A DNA stretch of 64,000 bases from Macrostomum lignano (Eukaryota): the NCBI GenBank assembly GCA_002269645.1, contig NIVC01000051.1, positions 434,001 to 498,000 of the forward strand, given 5' to 3'. How positions within the stretch are numbered: position 1 is the stretch's first letter; the number at the start of each line of letters is the position of its first letter. Position numbers and translations under genes: made by a program. Under the pieces are notes generated by a model. The model ran no database searches. It was not told the DNA's origin and saw only the letters and a program-made list of their open reading frames with translations. Below, piece after piece: positions 40,836 through 52,040 of the stretch.

Positions 40836-41920
40836 ATGACGCAATTAGTTAACTGAACTGTAAATTGAACCGAATTTTTGCCAAGAGAAAAAATAACAAA
40901 AAAAGTATCGAATTTCTGTGTGGACTAAAGATCAAGTAATAAATGTTACTAAAATGGCTAAAAAATAATCTCTTTTGGGTGTCCTTAGTCATGTTTTCGT
41001 CTCCTTTAAGGTGCCGACAGCGTCGGGGTGATGACTGAATGTTTGAGTCATTGCACAAGCCCCAAATGAATGATTCGTGGTGCTGGAGTCAGAGCTGTTT
41101 ACCGCTGAGCTGCTCCCCTCTAGCTTGTAAGACTAAATCGACGTGCAAGGATATAACGGACGGTATTGAATAAAAATGGAGACAATCTCGGCAGGAGTTC
41201 TTGCAAGCCAAGAAAATAAGAAAATTGCATGCAGCATGGAAGGGGCCTCCGATCAAATATAAGAGATAGATAGATAATAGCTACTCAAATAATTCAACTA
41301 ATGACGCTTGGGGCCTGTAAGAAGTTACAGGCCTGTAACATAGTCAAAGCAGTACTGAAAACTTACCTCAAACAAAGGGTGGTGTTAGAAGAACAGAAGC
41401 TTACGACCAGAGCTAAAGCACTACAGAATAAAGGAGCGAGATAGTTGAAAGAGAGTAGCTCTGCCTTTAGCCGAGCGAGAAACCTGTCCGCCAAAAAGTA
41501 GTTTATGGTCTAACCTCCCGAGCAAGAATCCGCAGCCATGTACTTTAGTCTATGGCCGAACTATCCAAACAAAGGACAACTACTGAAGCAAAGGGAATCA
41601 GCTAGCCAGTAGGCTTGGGTTAAAAGATAGCTATAGTTTATGGCAGAAACCCCAAATCTCGACAAACAGCCAGCCAGCCAGCCAGACAAGTGCATATGAA
41701 CCTAGTCATACAAACATAGCATTCGTCAGATGCACTCATGCGATTGCTGCAAAATTAAAGAAAAAATCTGGGGGATGGGTGCTTCTTCAGCTTAAGAAAT
41801 ATGGGGTTGGGTGCTAAAGGTTTGATGGAGGTTGATGGGGAGGGCACTTGAGTAGTAGTAGTGTAGAAAAAATTGTATTGGCGCTTAATAATTAGAAAAT
41901 ATATATTTACTTAGGAGGAA

Positions 41921-43585
41921 ATGGCTTCGAAATGCCGCCGAAATTCGGAATGCCCTGTGTGTGGCGAGACTGTACCTGGTGGAACTTGAAGCGCCACTAT
42001 ATAAATCGCCATGAGAAAGAGGTCCTGCAGAGCTTCCAGCTGAGTGATGTACCAGAGCGCATGCGCCCTACGGAGGCACAATGGTCTGCCGCAGACGGCA
42101 AGCAGCGGAGAAACATTGCTTGGTTGGCGATCAAGTGCAGCCGCAGCACCAAAGCCAGCCATCGATTGGAAGTCTGCGGAGAGGCGCGGTGTCGGCTTCG
42201 GGCCCATCGCTGTCAGGGTTCAATCGATTCCGCCGCGCAGTCAGTACCTCCGGCAGCGGACCCCGATGATGCATCAGCATCGGTAGCGGCGGCGACTGCT
42301 GATGTCATCTTTGAAGAGGATAATACAGCGATCATCGATAGGTTGATGGTCGCTGTAGATGCAATGGGACGCGCTGCCAGCTTCTCATCAAACGATCGCC
42401 GCCGCCGCCTGCTGCTTTGCCCGACGGTTGAGGAGCAGGAGGAAGCTGACGACGAGCCGCAGATGCTGCAGCCAGACAGTTCTACTGCTGCTGCTGCTGC
42501 TGCTGTTGCAGCTGCGCCGACAGTCGTGCCGCCATTGGCCAGTCATTCGCCATTGTCGTTGCAGACAGCTGATATCGCGCTGGAGCGACCCAGCAGCTCG
42601 TCTGCCAACATCAGCAATGGCCAACAACTGCTCGTCAGACTACCTGCCACGCCACCAAAGCAGCGCCGGGCGAAAGCGGCAAAGTGGGCGGCGCTGAAGC
42701 CTCATTCTTCTTCTGCTGCTGCTGCTGCTGACAATGTTGAGGAGGAGACCTCGTCGGCAGCGCCCAGTGCCAGCAGCGGCGACGCCATGGCGAGCGTCAG
42801 TCTGCCAGCTCCGCCTCCGTCTTTCGCCACTTCAGCAAGGAGCACCCAGCCAGGAAAGTGTCGCTCGGCGACCGGCCGTCGATTGAGGCCACGCTGAACC
42901 GACTGTCCGTGCTCTGGTGGACGGCGCCAACTAAGATGCGCATCTCCGCCAACTAAAGCCACAAACGCCGCTGGGGAAAGATCCGCGATTCCGTTGAGGC
43001 AACACTGGAGCGGCTGTGGCAGCGCAAGCAGCTCACTCTGGCCGACCTAGTGCTGCGGCCTTTCCTCATCGCTGGCGTCTTTGGCTTGGAGGTGGTCACC
43101 AATCAGTTGAAGCTGGCGCCTTCAACGGCGGGCCGCAAGTGCCAGGAGATAGTTACCATCCTGCTCTCCCTGGAGGGTTGGCTCACATTGCGCGGCAATC
43201 GCTGTCTTGAGCAGGTGCTCGACGCGATCGGACTGCGCCAATCAGAGTTGTTTTGTGCCGCCGCCGCCGCCGATGCCGACGACAGAGGGGATGCCGAGCA
43301 GGCCGGCTGGCGAGCTCAGCAGCAGCTGATGAGCGACAACCCACTCGCTGCTAGGCAGTTTGCAGTTGTGCGCATGTCTTCGCTGATCGACGAAGCCAAA
43401 GGTGAGTTCGCCGCTGTACGCTCACTCCAAGAGCAGCTCCATAAGCTGGGCCACCATGGTCGGCAGATGAGCTATACGGCCAGCTATATTAAACGTAGCG
43501 AAGTTGCAACATTTTTGACCGGCGCGATCGGTTTTTTAATATGCTGCTTGAGCACAGTTGGGAGGCGCTGCCGCAAACTGGAGAC

Positions 43586-43620
<35 letters not shown>
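41921..43620 (+). pseudogene. 5' part of a frameshifted zinc-finger / putative tyrosine-recombinase-like gene, interrupted by the LINE
   Basis: A 1-nt frameshift near 41975 joins CPVCGETV to WNLKRHYINRH (C2H2-like finger). A second C/H cluster (VCGEARCRLRAHRC) and Ala/Gln low-complexity linkers follow, then a helical region (43050-43600) ending at the (CAG)n target of the LINE. Confidence 0.4.
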
Positions 43621-43622
<2 letters not shown>

Positions 43623-46600
43623 CGCTACGTCAACGGACGTAGGCGGCCACAACAGCACCGTGGCCGCGGTCATGGGCATCGCCTCTACCCGGCGACCCGG
43701 ATGGTCGGACAGCTACGACCGTGCCAAGATGCCCAACCCTAGGCAACCGCCTCCCCCGGTACGCGACTACGTCACGACCGCGGTGCGAGGCGACGATCAC
43801 TTCCTGGTGTCCAGACATGTCATCATCGTCATCAGCCTCTTTTTCTGGCTCGAAAGGGGGCGAAACAGGCGGCGAAACCCCGGGCCCGACTGCGACTGCT
43901 GCGGTCGCCCCATCAGAAGAGGCTCGAATTTCCTCTCCTGCCAGTCCGGTCAGTGCCCCACCCGCTGCCACAAGCAACCATCTTGCAGCGGCATCCGCCG
44001 ATACCAACAGAACCAACGCTGGCTCTGCCAACAACACGGCGGACCAGAGCGCACCCCCGCAACCCGCCAACCGCGGAGGCAGCTACCCCCGGCAACTGCA
44101 GTGCCTGCTCGGGCCCAATCCGCTCCGGCACCACTCCGCTACGGTGCGCAACCGCCGGCTGCACGTCAACCTGCCACCGTACAACCAAATGCAACAGCAT
44201 CCCGCGCTTCAAGGGCTGCCCTCGCTGGCGCTGCCCCGTCCACACCCCACCTGCGGTGAGGTCCCTGGCCGGCCGCCCGATCGCGGATAGGCGCCCCGCG
44301 GATGCCGACCACCCCCGCCCGCCGACTCAAGACTCCGGCTGCTGCAGCGGGTGCTACTCTCTCTTCCGCTCTAACCACCACCCCATCGCCTGCCGTCAGT
44401 GTAATGCTAAGTTCCACAAGAAATGCACCCGTCTCACCAGGCTCGCGGCCGACCTGGCTGCCACCCAGGGTCACTGGACCTGCCCGGCCTGCACCTCATC
44501 ACAGGCGGCACACGAAACGGCAGCCACTAACCAGACCACGACTCAGGCCCGGATTTCCACCCAGCGCGCCTGCCTCCGCACCACGACCCGCCAGGAATCC
44601 CTGCTGACTCTTCAGTGGAATGCGGACGGCATCTCAACCCGGGTCGCCGAGCTGGCAAACTGCATCAACTCTCTCAAACCAGACCTGATCCTGATCCAGG
44701 AGTCCAAACTGCGCCCGCAGGACCCCACCCCCTGCCTCCATGGTTACGCCGCGGTTCGGGTGGACCGCAAGCGGCCGGACGGCGGAGGTGGGCTGCTCAC
44801 ATTCATACGGGACTGTCTCGCATTCGAACGCAAGCCGGTGACGACCCGCGAGCCAATCGAAGCCTGCCGCGTGCGTATCTTTCTGAGCTCCAAGAAATCC
44901 CTGGACGTGGACAACGTGTACGTCCCGCCTGTCCGTGGCGGCGAAGAACACGGCGAGGTACCAACGGACGCCGACCTGCTCGCCGGCGACTTCAACGCCC
45001 ACTCGGCCATCTGGGACCAGATCCAACCGGCCGATGGTCGTGGCGACACCCTGCTGGACTGGGCCAGCGAACATGGCCTGACGGTCGTGAACGACGGCTC
45101 ACCAACCAGAATTAACCGCGGTACAGGCGGCGAGAGCACCCCAGACGTATCGCTTTGCCGCAACGCTTGGCATCACCGCACCTCTTGGAGTACCCTCGAC
45201 GACCTCGGCTCCGACCACCTCCCAATCGCCATCAACCTCCGCTGCACCACCGAAAATCTCCATCGTCAGACCAGGACTTTCTGGAGAAGCACCGGGGTGG
45301 ACTGGACGGCGTTTGCCCAGGACGTCGACTCGCAAGTCGCCACCTTCAAAAGCACCGGCGTCTCATTCAAACAACGAGCCAGCCGCCTCACGGAGGCCAT
45401 CATAGCATCGGCACACCGCCACGTGGGGAAAAAGTCCTCTAAACGTCCAGCCCGGCCCTGGCTCTCCCAGGAGGCTCGCGAGGCCATCCGCAAGCGCAAT
45501 CGCCTTCGCAGAGACGTCAGTAACCGCCGCGCCGAATGGCTCCAAGCCTGTGCGGACGCCGCTACGCTCTCCCGCGAGAGCAAGGAGAAGAGCTGGCGGG
45601 AATTCCTGTGCGACACCGACCTATGCCAAGATGCCACCAAGGCCTGGCGCCTCGTCCGCAGCCTCAGCGGTACCTCGGGTGACAACGCCACTAACGAGGC
45701 CCTGTCCGTCAGAGACAAAACCTACTGCGACGACGCGAGTAAGGCTGAGATCTTCATCAAGCACTACGCGGCGGTCAACCGTCTCCACTTCAACAAAGCC
45801 GACCGCGCCGTCAACCTCTCCGCTAAGTCTGCCGTACGCGCCTGCGACACCAACCAGGAGGCTGAAGAGTGCGCCCTATTTTTGGAACACGAGCTCGACG
45901 CGGCCATCAAGCAACAACGAGCCACTGGCGCCCCCGGCCCGGACGACGTCTCGCCGCGCTTCCTCAAGGCCTTGGGCCCCATCGCCAGAGCCGAGCTCCT
46001 CGCACTGTTCAACCAGTCTTTCTCCAGGGGCATCGTGTCACAGTGCCACCATCATTCCGCTGCTCAAGAAGGGCAAGCCACCCGGCGACTTGGCTTCCTT
46101 CCGCCCGGTCAGCCTCACCTCCTGCGTTGTCAAGCTGCTGGAACGCATGATGACCGCGCGCCTCACCTTCTTGGCTGAGTCCCGCGGCTGGCTCTCACAA
46201 CAGCAGGCCGGCTTCCGCCGACTCCGCAGCTGCGAGGACCAAATTCTGTCAGCTGTCCAGAGCATCAGCGACGGCTTCCAGAACTCGCCCATGCTGCGCT
46301 CCATCATGGCGTTTCTCGATTTTAGTAAAGCCTATGACAAAGTCTGGATTGAGCGCCTACTCCTCACTCTCATCGAGAAAGGTGTACCAGGGATCCACAT
46401 CCGGTGGGTCCGCGCCTTTCTCAGCAACCGCCAAGCCCGCGTGTGCGTCAACGGCACCAACGGACGCTACCGCCGGCTTCGCCAAGGGCTCCCGCAGGGC
46501 TCAGTCATCACCCCGCTGCTTTTTATTGTTTCTTGACCCTGTGGTGTCGGCCATCCCGGCGCAAGTTGACGCCCTGATGTACGCTGACGACATCGCCCTC

Positions 46601-48320
46601 CGCAGCCAGAGCAACGACGTCGCAACAGCTACACTCGTCCTCCAAGACGCGGTCGACTGCATCGCGAACTGGAGCCGAGCCAACCACATGGTGCTGAACC
46701 CGACCAAAAGCGAATGCGCCCTGTTCACTACCGACCCGCATCAGGCCGCCCTCCAGCCCAGCATCTGCCTCAACGACACTACCATTCCGTTCTGCAGCAG
46801 CCCTCGTTTCTTGGGCGTCTATCTCGACCGCACGCTTTCCTTTAGCAAACAGGTATCCGAAGTTTGCAGAACAGTCGGCAACCGCTGCCGTCTCCTAGCG
46901 TGCCTCGCTGCCAGGTCGTGGGGCTGGTCTAAAGACAGTCTCCTAACTACCTTCAAAGCAATGCAACTCAGCATCCTGCACTACGCGTCACCAGCATGGC
47001 AACCCTGGCTGGCAGACACCGCCATGTCTCATCTCCAACGCGCGCAGAACCAGGCACTCCGTATTGTCACAGGTCAGCTTCGCACAACCCCGGCTGAGGC
47101 TCTCCACCTCGAGGCTGGAGTGTGCACCGTCGCTACCATGCGCGACCAACTCTGCCTCGCGGCGTACGAAAAAGCGCTGCGCCTCCCGGAGGACCACCCG
47201 CGCCACCGCGCGGCCGCGGCCCAGGTTCCGCACCGCACGGCCAGAAACAGCTGGCGCCACCGCGCCCAGCAACTTCTGGCAAGAATGCCGGGAAACCTGG
47301 GCCACCGCGAAGCCCTCCCACCGCTCCCCCGCTGCCCTTGGATCCACCTGGCGGCGGGCTGGACCGTGACCCGCTTGCTGTCGACCGTCGCCGTCAGACC
47401 CAGGCAGGCTGCTCACCCGACGACGCAACAAGACAGCGCTGACTTAGCCAGGGACCAGGCGATATCATCCATCCGCACGGCGAACGCTGACCTGGTTCTT
47501 TACACGGACGGCTCCGCCGAAGGCGGCTGCTCCGAGGGGGGCGCAGCATGCGTGGTTACCCGCGGCGACCCTGCCACCCCGCAGGTCGTCGACACCGTCG
47601 CTGCCCGCGGCGCCTCGCCGACCTGCAGCTTCGACGAGGAGCGCCGCGCCCTCGGACTGGCCATGGCCTGGCTCAACGACCATCAAGTCACCGGCCGAGT
47701 GTTGATCTGCTCCGACAGTCGCGCACTGCTCGACGCCCTCATGAGCATCGTGCCGAGATGCTCGCTCCCGGACTTGAACTGCCGGGTTGCCTCCCTCACT
47801 CTCCAGTGGATCCCAGCGCACTGCGGCATCCCTAGTAACGAGATGGCGGACGCAGCCGCCAAGAATGCCGCATCCATCGCTGGCGCGCCAGCGAGCACCT
47901 CGTACAGCAGCGCGGTGGCAGCGGTCAGGCGCGAGATCGGCGACCCGCCCCTGACCCATGCCCGCACGATTTCTGTGTACCGCGCGCTCAACCGGCAACG
48001 CGACCGCGCCGAACTTCAGAATCGTCAGAATGCCGTCCTCCTGGCGAGGCTCCGCGCGGGCCACTGCAGCCTTCTCCGTGCGTACAGTCGCATCGTCAAC
48101 CCGACGGCGGACCCCATTTGCCCACGCTGCGAGGAGGGCCCGGAAGACCTCGAGCACTGGCTCGGTTGCCCGGCCCTCCGGAGGCTCCGCCTCGAGCTGT
48201 TCGACGAGGACACCCTGGACCCCGGGATTCTGACCGTCGCCCCCGCGAGGTCGGTGGCGCTTGCGAGGCGAAGCCGCTGACTCCCTCGGCGCCTTTGCCC
48301 CAACAACAACAACAACAACA
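43621..48320 (+). mobile_element. Full-length Ingi-like (I-group) non-LTR retrotransposon: 2 PHD-like fingers, APE endonuclease, RT, RNase H, CCHC; three frameshifts
   Basis: QWNADGI..LIQESKL..LAGDFNAH..SDHLPI (APE); FRPVSLTS..QQAGFR..FLDFSKAYD..QGSV and YADD (RT); LYTDGS..ICSDSRA..WIPAHCGIPSNEMADAAA (RNase H); CPRC..HWLGC. It has a (CAA)n tail at 48301-48320 and (CAG)n on both sides. Confidence 0.92.
43664..43735 (+). ncRNA. HDV-like self-cleaving ribozyme fold at the 5' end of the Ingi-like element
   Basis: P2 UGGGCAUC(43673-80)/GAUGCCCA(43728-35); P3 GCC/GGC around a 7-nt loop UCUACCC; P1 GGUC(43668-71)/GACC(43694-97); J1/4 GG; P4 AUGGUCG/CGACCGU; J4/2 GCCAA. P1 is short and L3 deviates from consensus. 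Confidence 0.6.
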
Positions 48321-48781
48321 GCAGCAGCAGCAGCAACAGCTCGTCTCGCAGCGACGACGACAATCAGCTGTGCGCCAAGATGGTATGTGTCCGGCGCATT
48401 GTGCAGGAGTTCGTTTTCTTCTGCAGCGTGGAACAGCCAATTAGTCTATTGCCGTGGATTTATCTGCGGCGGCAGCATCTGCTTAACCGTGCAGTGCGAC
48501 ACAGGGCGGCGGACGACCGGGACCAGCTGTTTCGCGACACCAGCATCAGTGCCACTGAAGAAGATCTCGTTGGGCACTCGCACCTGGTGCTGCCGCCGAC
48601 CGAAGTTCCGCACAAGGCCGGGCACACTGGCCAGCCAGCCACAATGGTGCTGCCCGACCTCTTCTGCGACGCCCTGCTGCGCCTGCACGACGCCTACATC
48701 AGGCCGAGCCTCGTTGCGCGCGGAGTCACTGTTCCTCCGCCCGAGGTGTCCAGTATGAACTGTACGATGGACATGCGTTAG
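48321..48781 (+). pseudogene. 3' part of the LINE-interrupted gene, putative tyrosine-recombinase-like segment
   Basis: ORF 48380-48781 includes VPHKAGHTGQPATMVLPDLFCDALLRLHDAYIRP, recalling the HK..G.PA.vl..l..l..Y...RP segment of animal Crypton-like YR proteins (recognition from memory, unverified). No complete box II seen. Confidence 0.3.
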
Positions 48782-49435
48782 TTAGCCAGCCCTTGCTTAT
48801 AAATTTTTCATCTTTTGATATTGCGCGATCAGTTTTTCGATGTTATTATTATATTATATATTATTATTTATTATGTTAATTTATCAGTTATTTATAGATG
48901 TAATCAAAGTTAAAGCCATAAACTATTAATGTATTGGACTGTTAAGACAAGGAAGATTAAAGTCGTTGAACGAAGCCATCCCTAACAGCAGCTAGCTAGT
49001 AATTTCTTCTTCTATATGATTGATAGGTATATATTTTATTATTGAGACTAAGCTTTCTGCTTCGGCACGCCATTTGAATTTTAGCGTCCTTTTTCTACTG
49101 CCGCCGTTGTTGTTAATCTACCGCTGCTCATCGCTGCTGTCCATTGCTGTGGATTATTATTATTATCAAAGTAAGAAATCTTCATACCTGCAGTTTTTAG
49201 TCAACGGAAAACTGTATAGTCAATAGACAGGAACAATAGGCTTAAGAAGGCTTTAAACTATGCGACAAAAACATTGGGGGAGGGGGGGAATAGCTGGCTG
49301 GCTAGCTGAATAAATGAATTGATTATTAAACAAAGAACCGTTATTAGGCCAGAGTCTCTAATAGTAGTAGTACTAGCCAAGTAATTAGTCAAGAAACAGA
49401 ACATTAATCAATCGATCGATCGATCGATCAAAAGA

Positions 49436-50422
49436 TCAGTACATGCCATTGTCGGGCTCATCGTCGGCGGCAGCAACGTAGGCGCCATCAGGTACTGGCT
49501 GGCACTCCCCATGACATTCTTCAATGTCGTGATCCATTTCTATAGCGACATTATTCTCGTTCCGCAGCCGGCGCTGAAAATCCGGACTGTATTCTTCAGG
49601 CGAAGCGTGCCCGGCCAGGACTACTATGAGTCTTTGCGCCCAGTCGATGTACACATGCGATTGATGCTTCGTGTTGATTAGAAACGAGTTCCCATTCAAC
49701 AGCCGCAGTAGCGTCGCTTCTAGGTCACTACTCCCTTCAAAATATTGGGGCCGAATTTCGTCAATGAAGATGACAGAGTGCCTGTTGATGTCGAGCCCAT
49801 CAAAGATGAAGTCGTTGCCACCGAAAGGCTTGATTGTTGGGCAGAATATTCACTCTAGGCCCCAGTGGCGCTCAACGGCCGTGGTTTTTCCGACTCCTGA
49901 TGGCCCGTAAAGGTACACGACACCTGATGTCCGGAGTAGGGCATTGCACACGGCCACCCGGAGCGGGCACTGACGGCGCTTCAGGTGTCGCATTGTCTGC
50001 TTCAGTGCTTCTGAGCAAGCCGAGCAGCGTTGAGGGCGCTCCTGACGGATACGACGCTGGCGCTGGATATCCTTAAGCATCGTAAGGACTAAGGAGTGCC
50101 GCCCGCATCTGCTGGTGAGCTAGCAGAAAGCCATCGGTATTATTTGGCAGGCTGGCCGTCCGCGGGTAGGAGAGCACCCAGCGCGTTGCCTGCACCAGCA
50201 TGCTGCATTGAGATACGCCAATGCCGACCAGGAGCGGGTATCCGTCGTGCTGCGTGAGACTATCGTATCAGGGGAACGCACACCGCAGACTGTCAGCGTT
50301 GTGAGGTTGTTGAGCACGAAACCTCGGCCCACCTCGGATCCCGGCAGCAGTCTGTGCAGCAGCTCGTAAACGTGCCAGCCGGCGGTGTTGGTCACAAGCC
50401 GAATGTAGCCCGACAAGGTGCG

Positions 50423-50463
<41 letters not shown>

Positions 50464-51712
50464 CGTCGACAGCCAGCGGGTCCTCCACTAGCCGGCGGTA
50501 ACACGACTCGTCCATGCCGACGTTAAGTTCCGGACTGGACGCCAATAGCAACTCAGTGCAGTGCGGCTCGAGCGCCTCGCCCAAGTACACCTTTGCACGG
50601 CCTGTACATGGGATTGTTGTGGCGTTGCATGCATAAGTATAAAGTTAAGCAGAGAGAAGAGCAGTCTACTACTACTCACCGATGAAGCGCAAATTATCGA
50701 TGTGGATGACGTGCAGATAGCGCCGCACAGTTAGTACTCCGGTGTCCTCAACCAGCCGCTGTACCGGAGCGGCACCATACAGCGGTAGCGAACGGCTAGC
50801 TGATCGAGTGACCGTGAACTGTTGGCGGAACGCGTCGGCCTGCAGCAGCGGATTCTGGCCGATTTGCCGGACGCCGACGCCTCTGCGTCGACCGTTTGCC
50901 GCTGCGCCTCTGCCGCGTTGGGAGCTGAAGCTGCTGCTGCTGCTGCTGCTGCTGATGGTACTGCCAGACTCCGAGCGCTGTAGCATTCGGATTAACTGTG
51001 CAGCAGATGACGACGGGCTGTAGCTTAACGAGGACAGTTCGTCCGGTCGAAGCTCCTCGGCGGCTCGAGCTTCAGGCCGGTTCCAGCTCCGTCGTTGGCT
51101 CGCCAGAGGCATGGTCTGCATTGACCAACGTGAGATTGCTTGCGAGTACGGCTCCCGCTGCTGCGTTCGCTGCCATTCAGTCTGCTGTTGCTGTTGCTGC
51201 TGCTGTTGACGATGCAGCTCGGCGGCTACTTCTGGCGGTTTCGGCAGCGTTGAGAGCTCGGCAGGGTTGGCGACAGCTGCAGCAGGTTCCGGCGGCGGTT
51301 TTTGCTGCGGCACGGCAGGGCTCATGGACGCCTTGTAGTCGAGCATGGCGTTGAGAGCCGCCCGGTCGTCCGAGTCCATCTCATCAAGCTCGTAGGAGGC
51401 GGATGACTGTTGCTGCATAGTTGACTGTGACGGCAGTGTCGGCTGTGGTGGCTGCCGCGGTGCTCCACCACTAAACGCCAGCACACTGAACTCGTCGGCT
51501 TCATCGTCGTCCGTCGTGGCGTTCCGCCGCCTTTTCTGTGCCGGCTGACCAGCAGGTGGGATATCATCGGCGGAAACTTCTCGCTTGCGGACAGAAGACA
51601 CGGGGCCTGCAGTATTCTGGGCAGCAGCGGCTCTCTCTCGCTCGTACTCATCTAATGCAGCTGCGATGCGCTCGTCGTCGCTGTCAGTAAACTCGTCTTG
51701 CCAAGGAGACAT
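49436..51712 (-). pseudogene. Rep-like protein with SF3 helicase. Exons 51712-50680 and 50601-49436; two in-frame stops
   Basis: Walker A LYGPSGVGKT (49883-49906), Walker B VIFIDE (49757-49774), B' INTKH, C-like IVVLAG and FQRR Arg finger; HUH motif II-like HRTLSGYIRL. The 78-nt intron GTGAGT..TACAG (50679-50602) joins the ORFs in frame. TAG (50120-22) and TGA (49850-52) interrupt an otherwise continuous frame. Confidence 0.75.
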
Positions 51713-51940
51713 TCTGTTACGACAGCACACAATGCGGTGATCCAATTAATAACTGGCAAATCATATGTACAGGCTTCTGTCCAGTTCGACTCCATCGCTG
51801 CTGCCGCCGCTCAATAAAATTAAATCCACACTTAGTATTTTAGGTAAATACTTATATTTTGAAAGGTAAAGCAGTCAATCAATCAATTCATCGATTATAC
51901 TAATAGTAGTAGCAGTAGTGATTCTTTTCAAAACCATCTA

Positions 51941-52040
51941 ACTGACGCGTCTGCCCCATTAGAAAGCTATGCACTGACGACTCTGCCCCATTTAAAGCTA
52001 TGCACTGACGCCTCTGCCCCATTTAAAAGCTCTACTGAAG
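51941..52040. repeat. Three 31-32-bp direct repeats upstream of the Rep-like gene, with further copies near 52262 and 52310
   Basis: ACTGACG(CG/AC/CC)TCTGCCCCATT..AAGCT at 51941, 51973 and 52004; ACTGACGCGTTTGCCCCATTTAA at 52310. Confidence 0.85.

Noticed and set aside
43630-48440. Many overlapping ORFs on both strands of the LINE
   Set aside because: GC-rich shadow frames; only the APE/RT/RNase H frames carry recognisable motifs.
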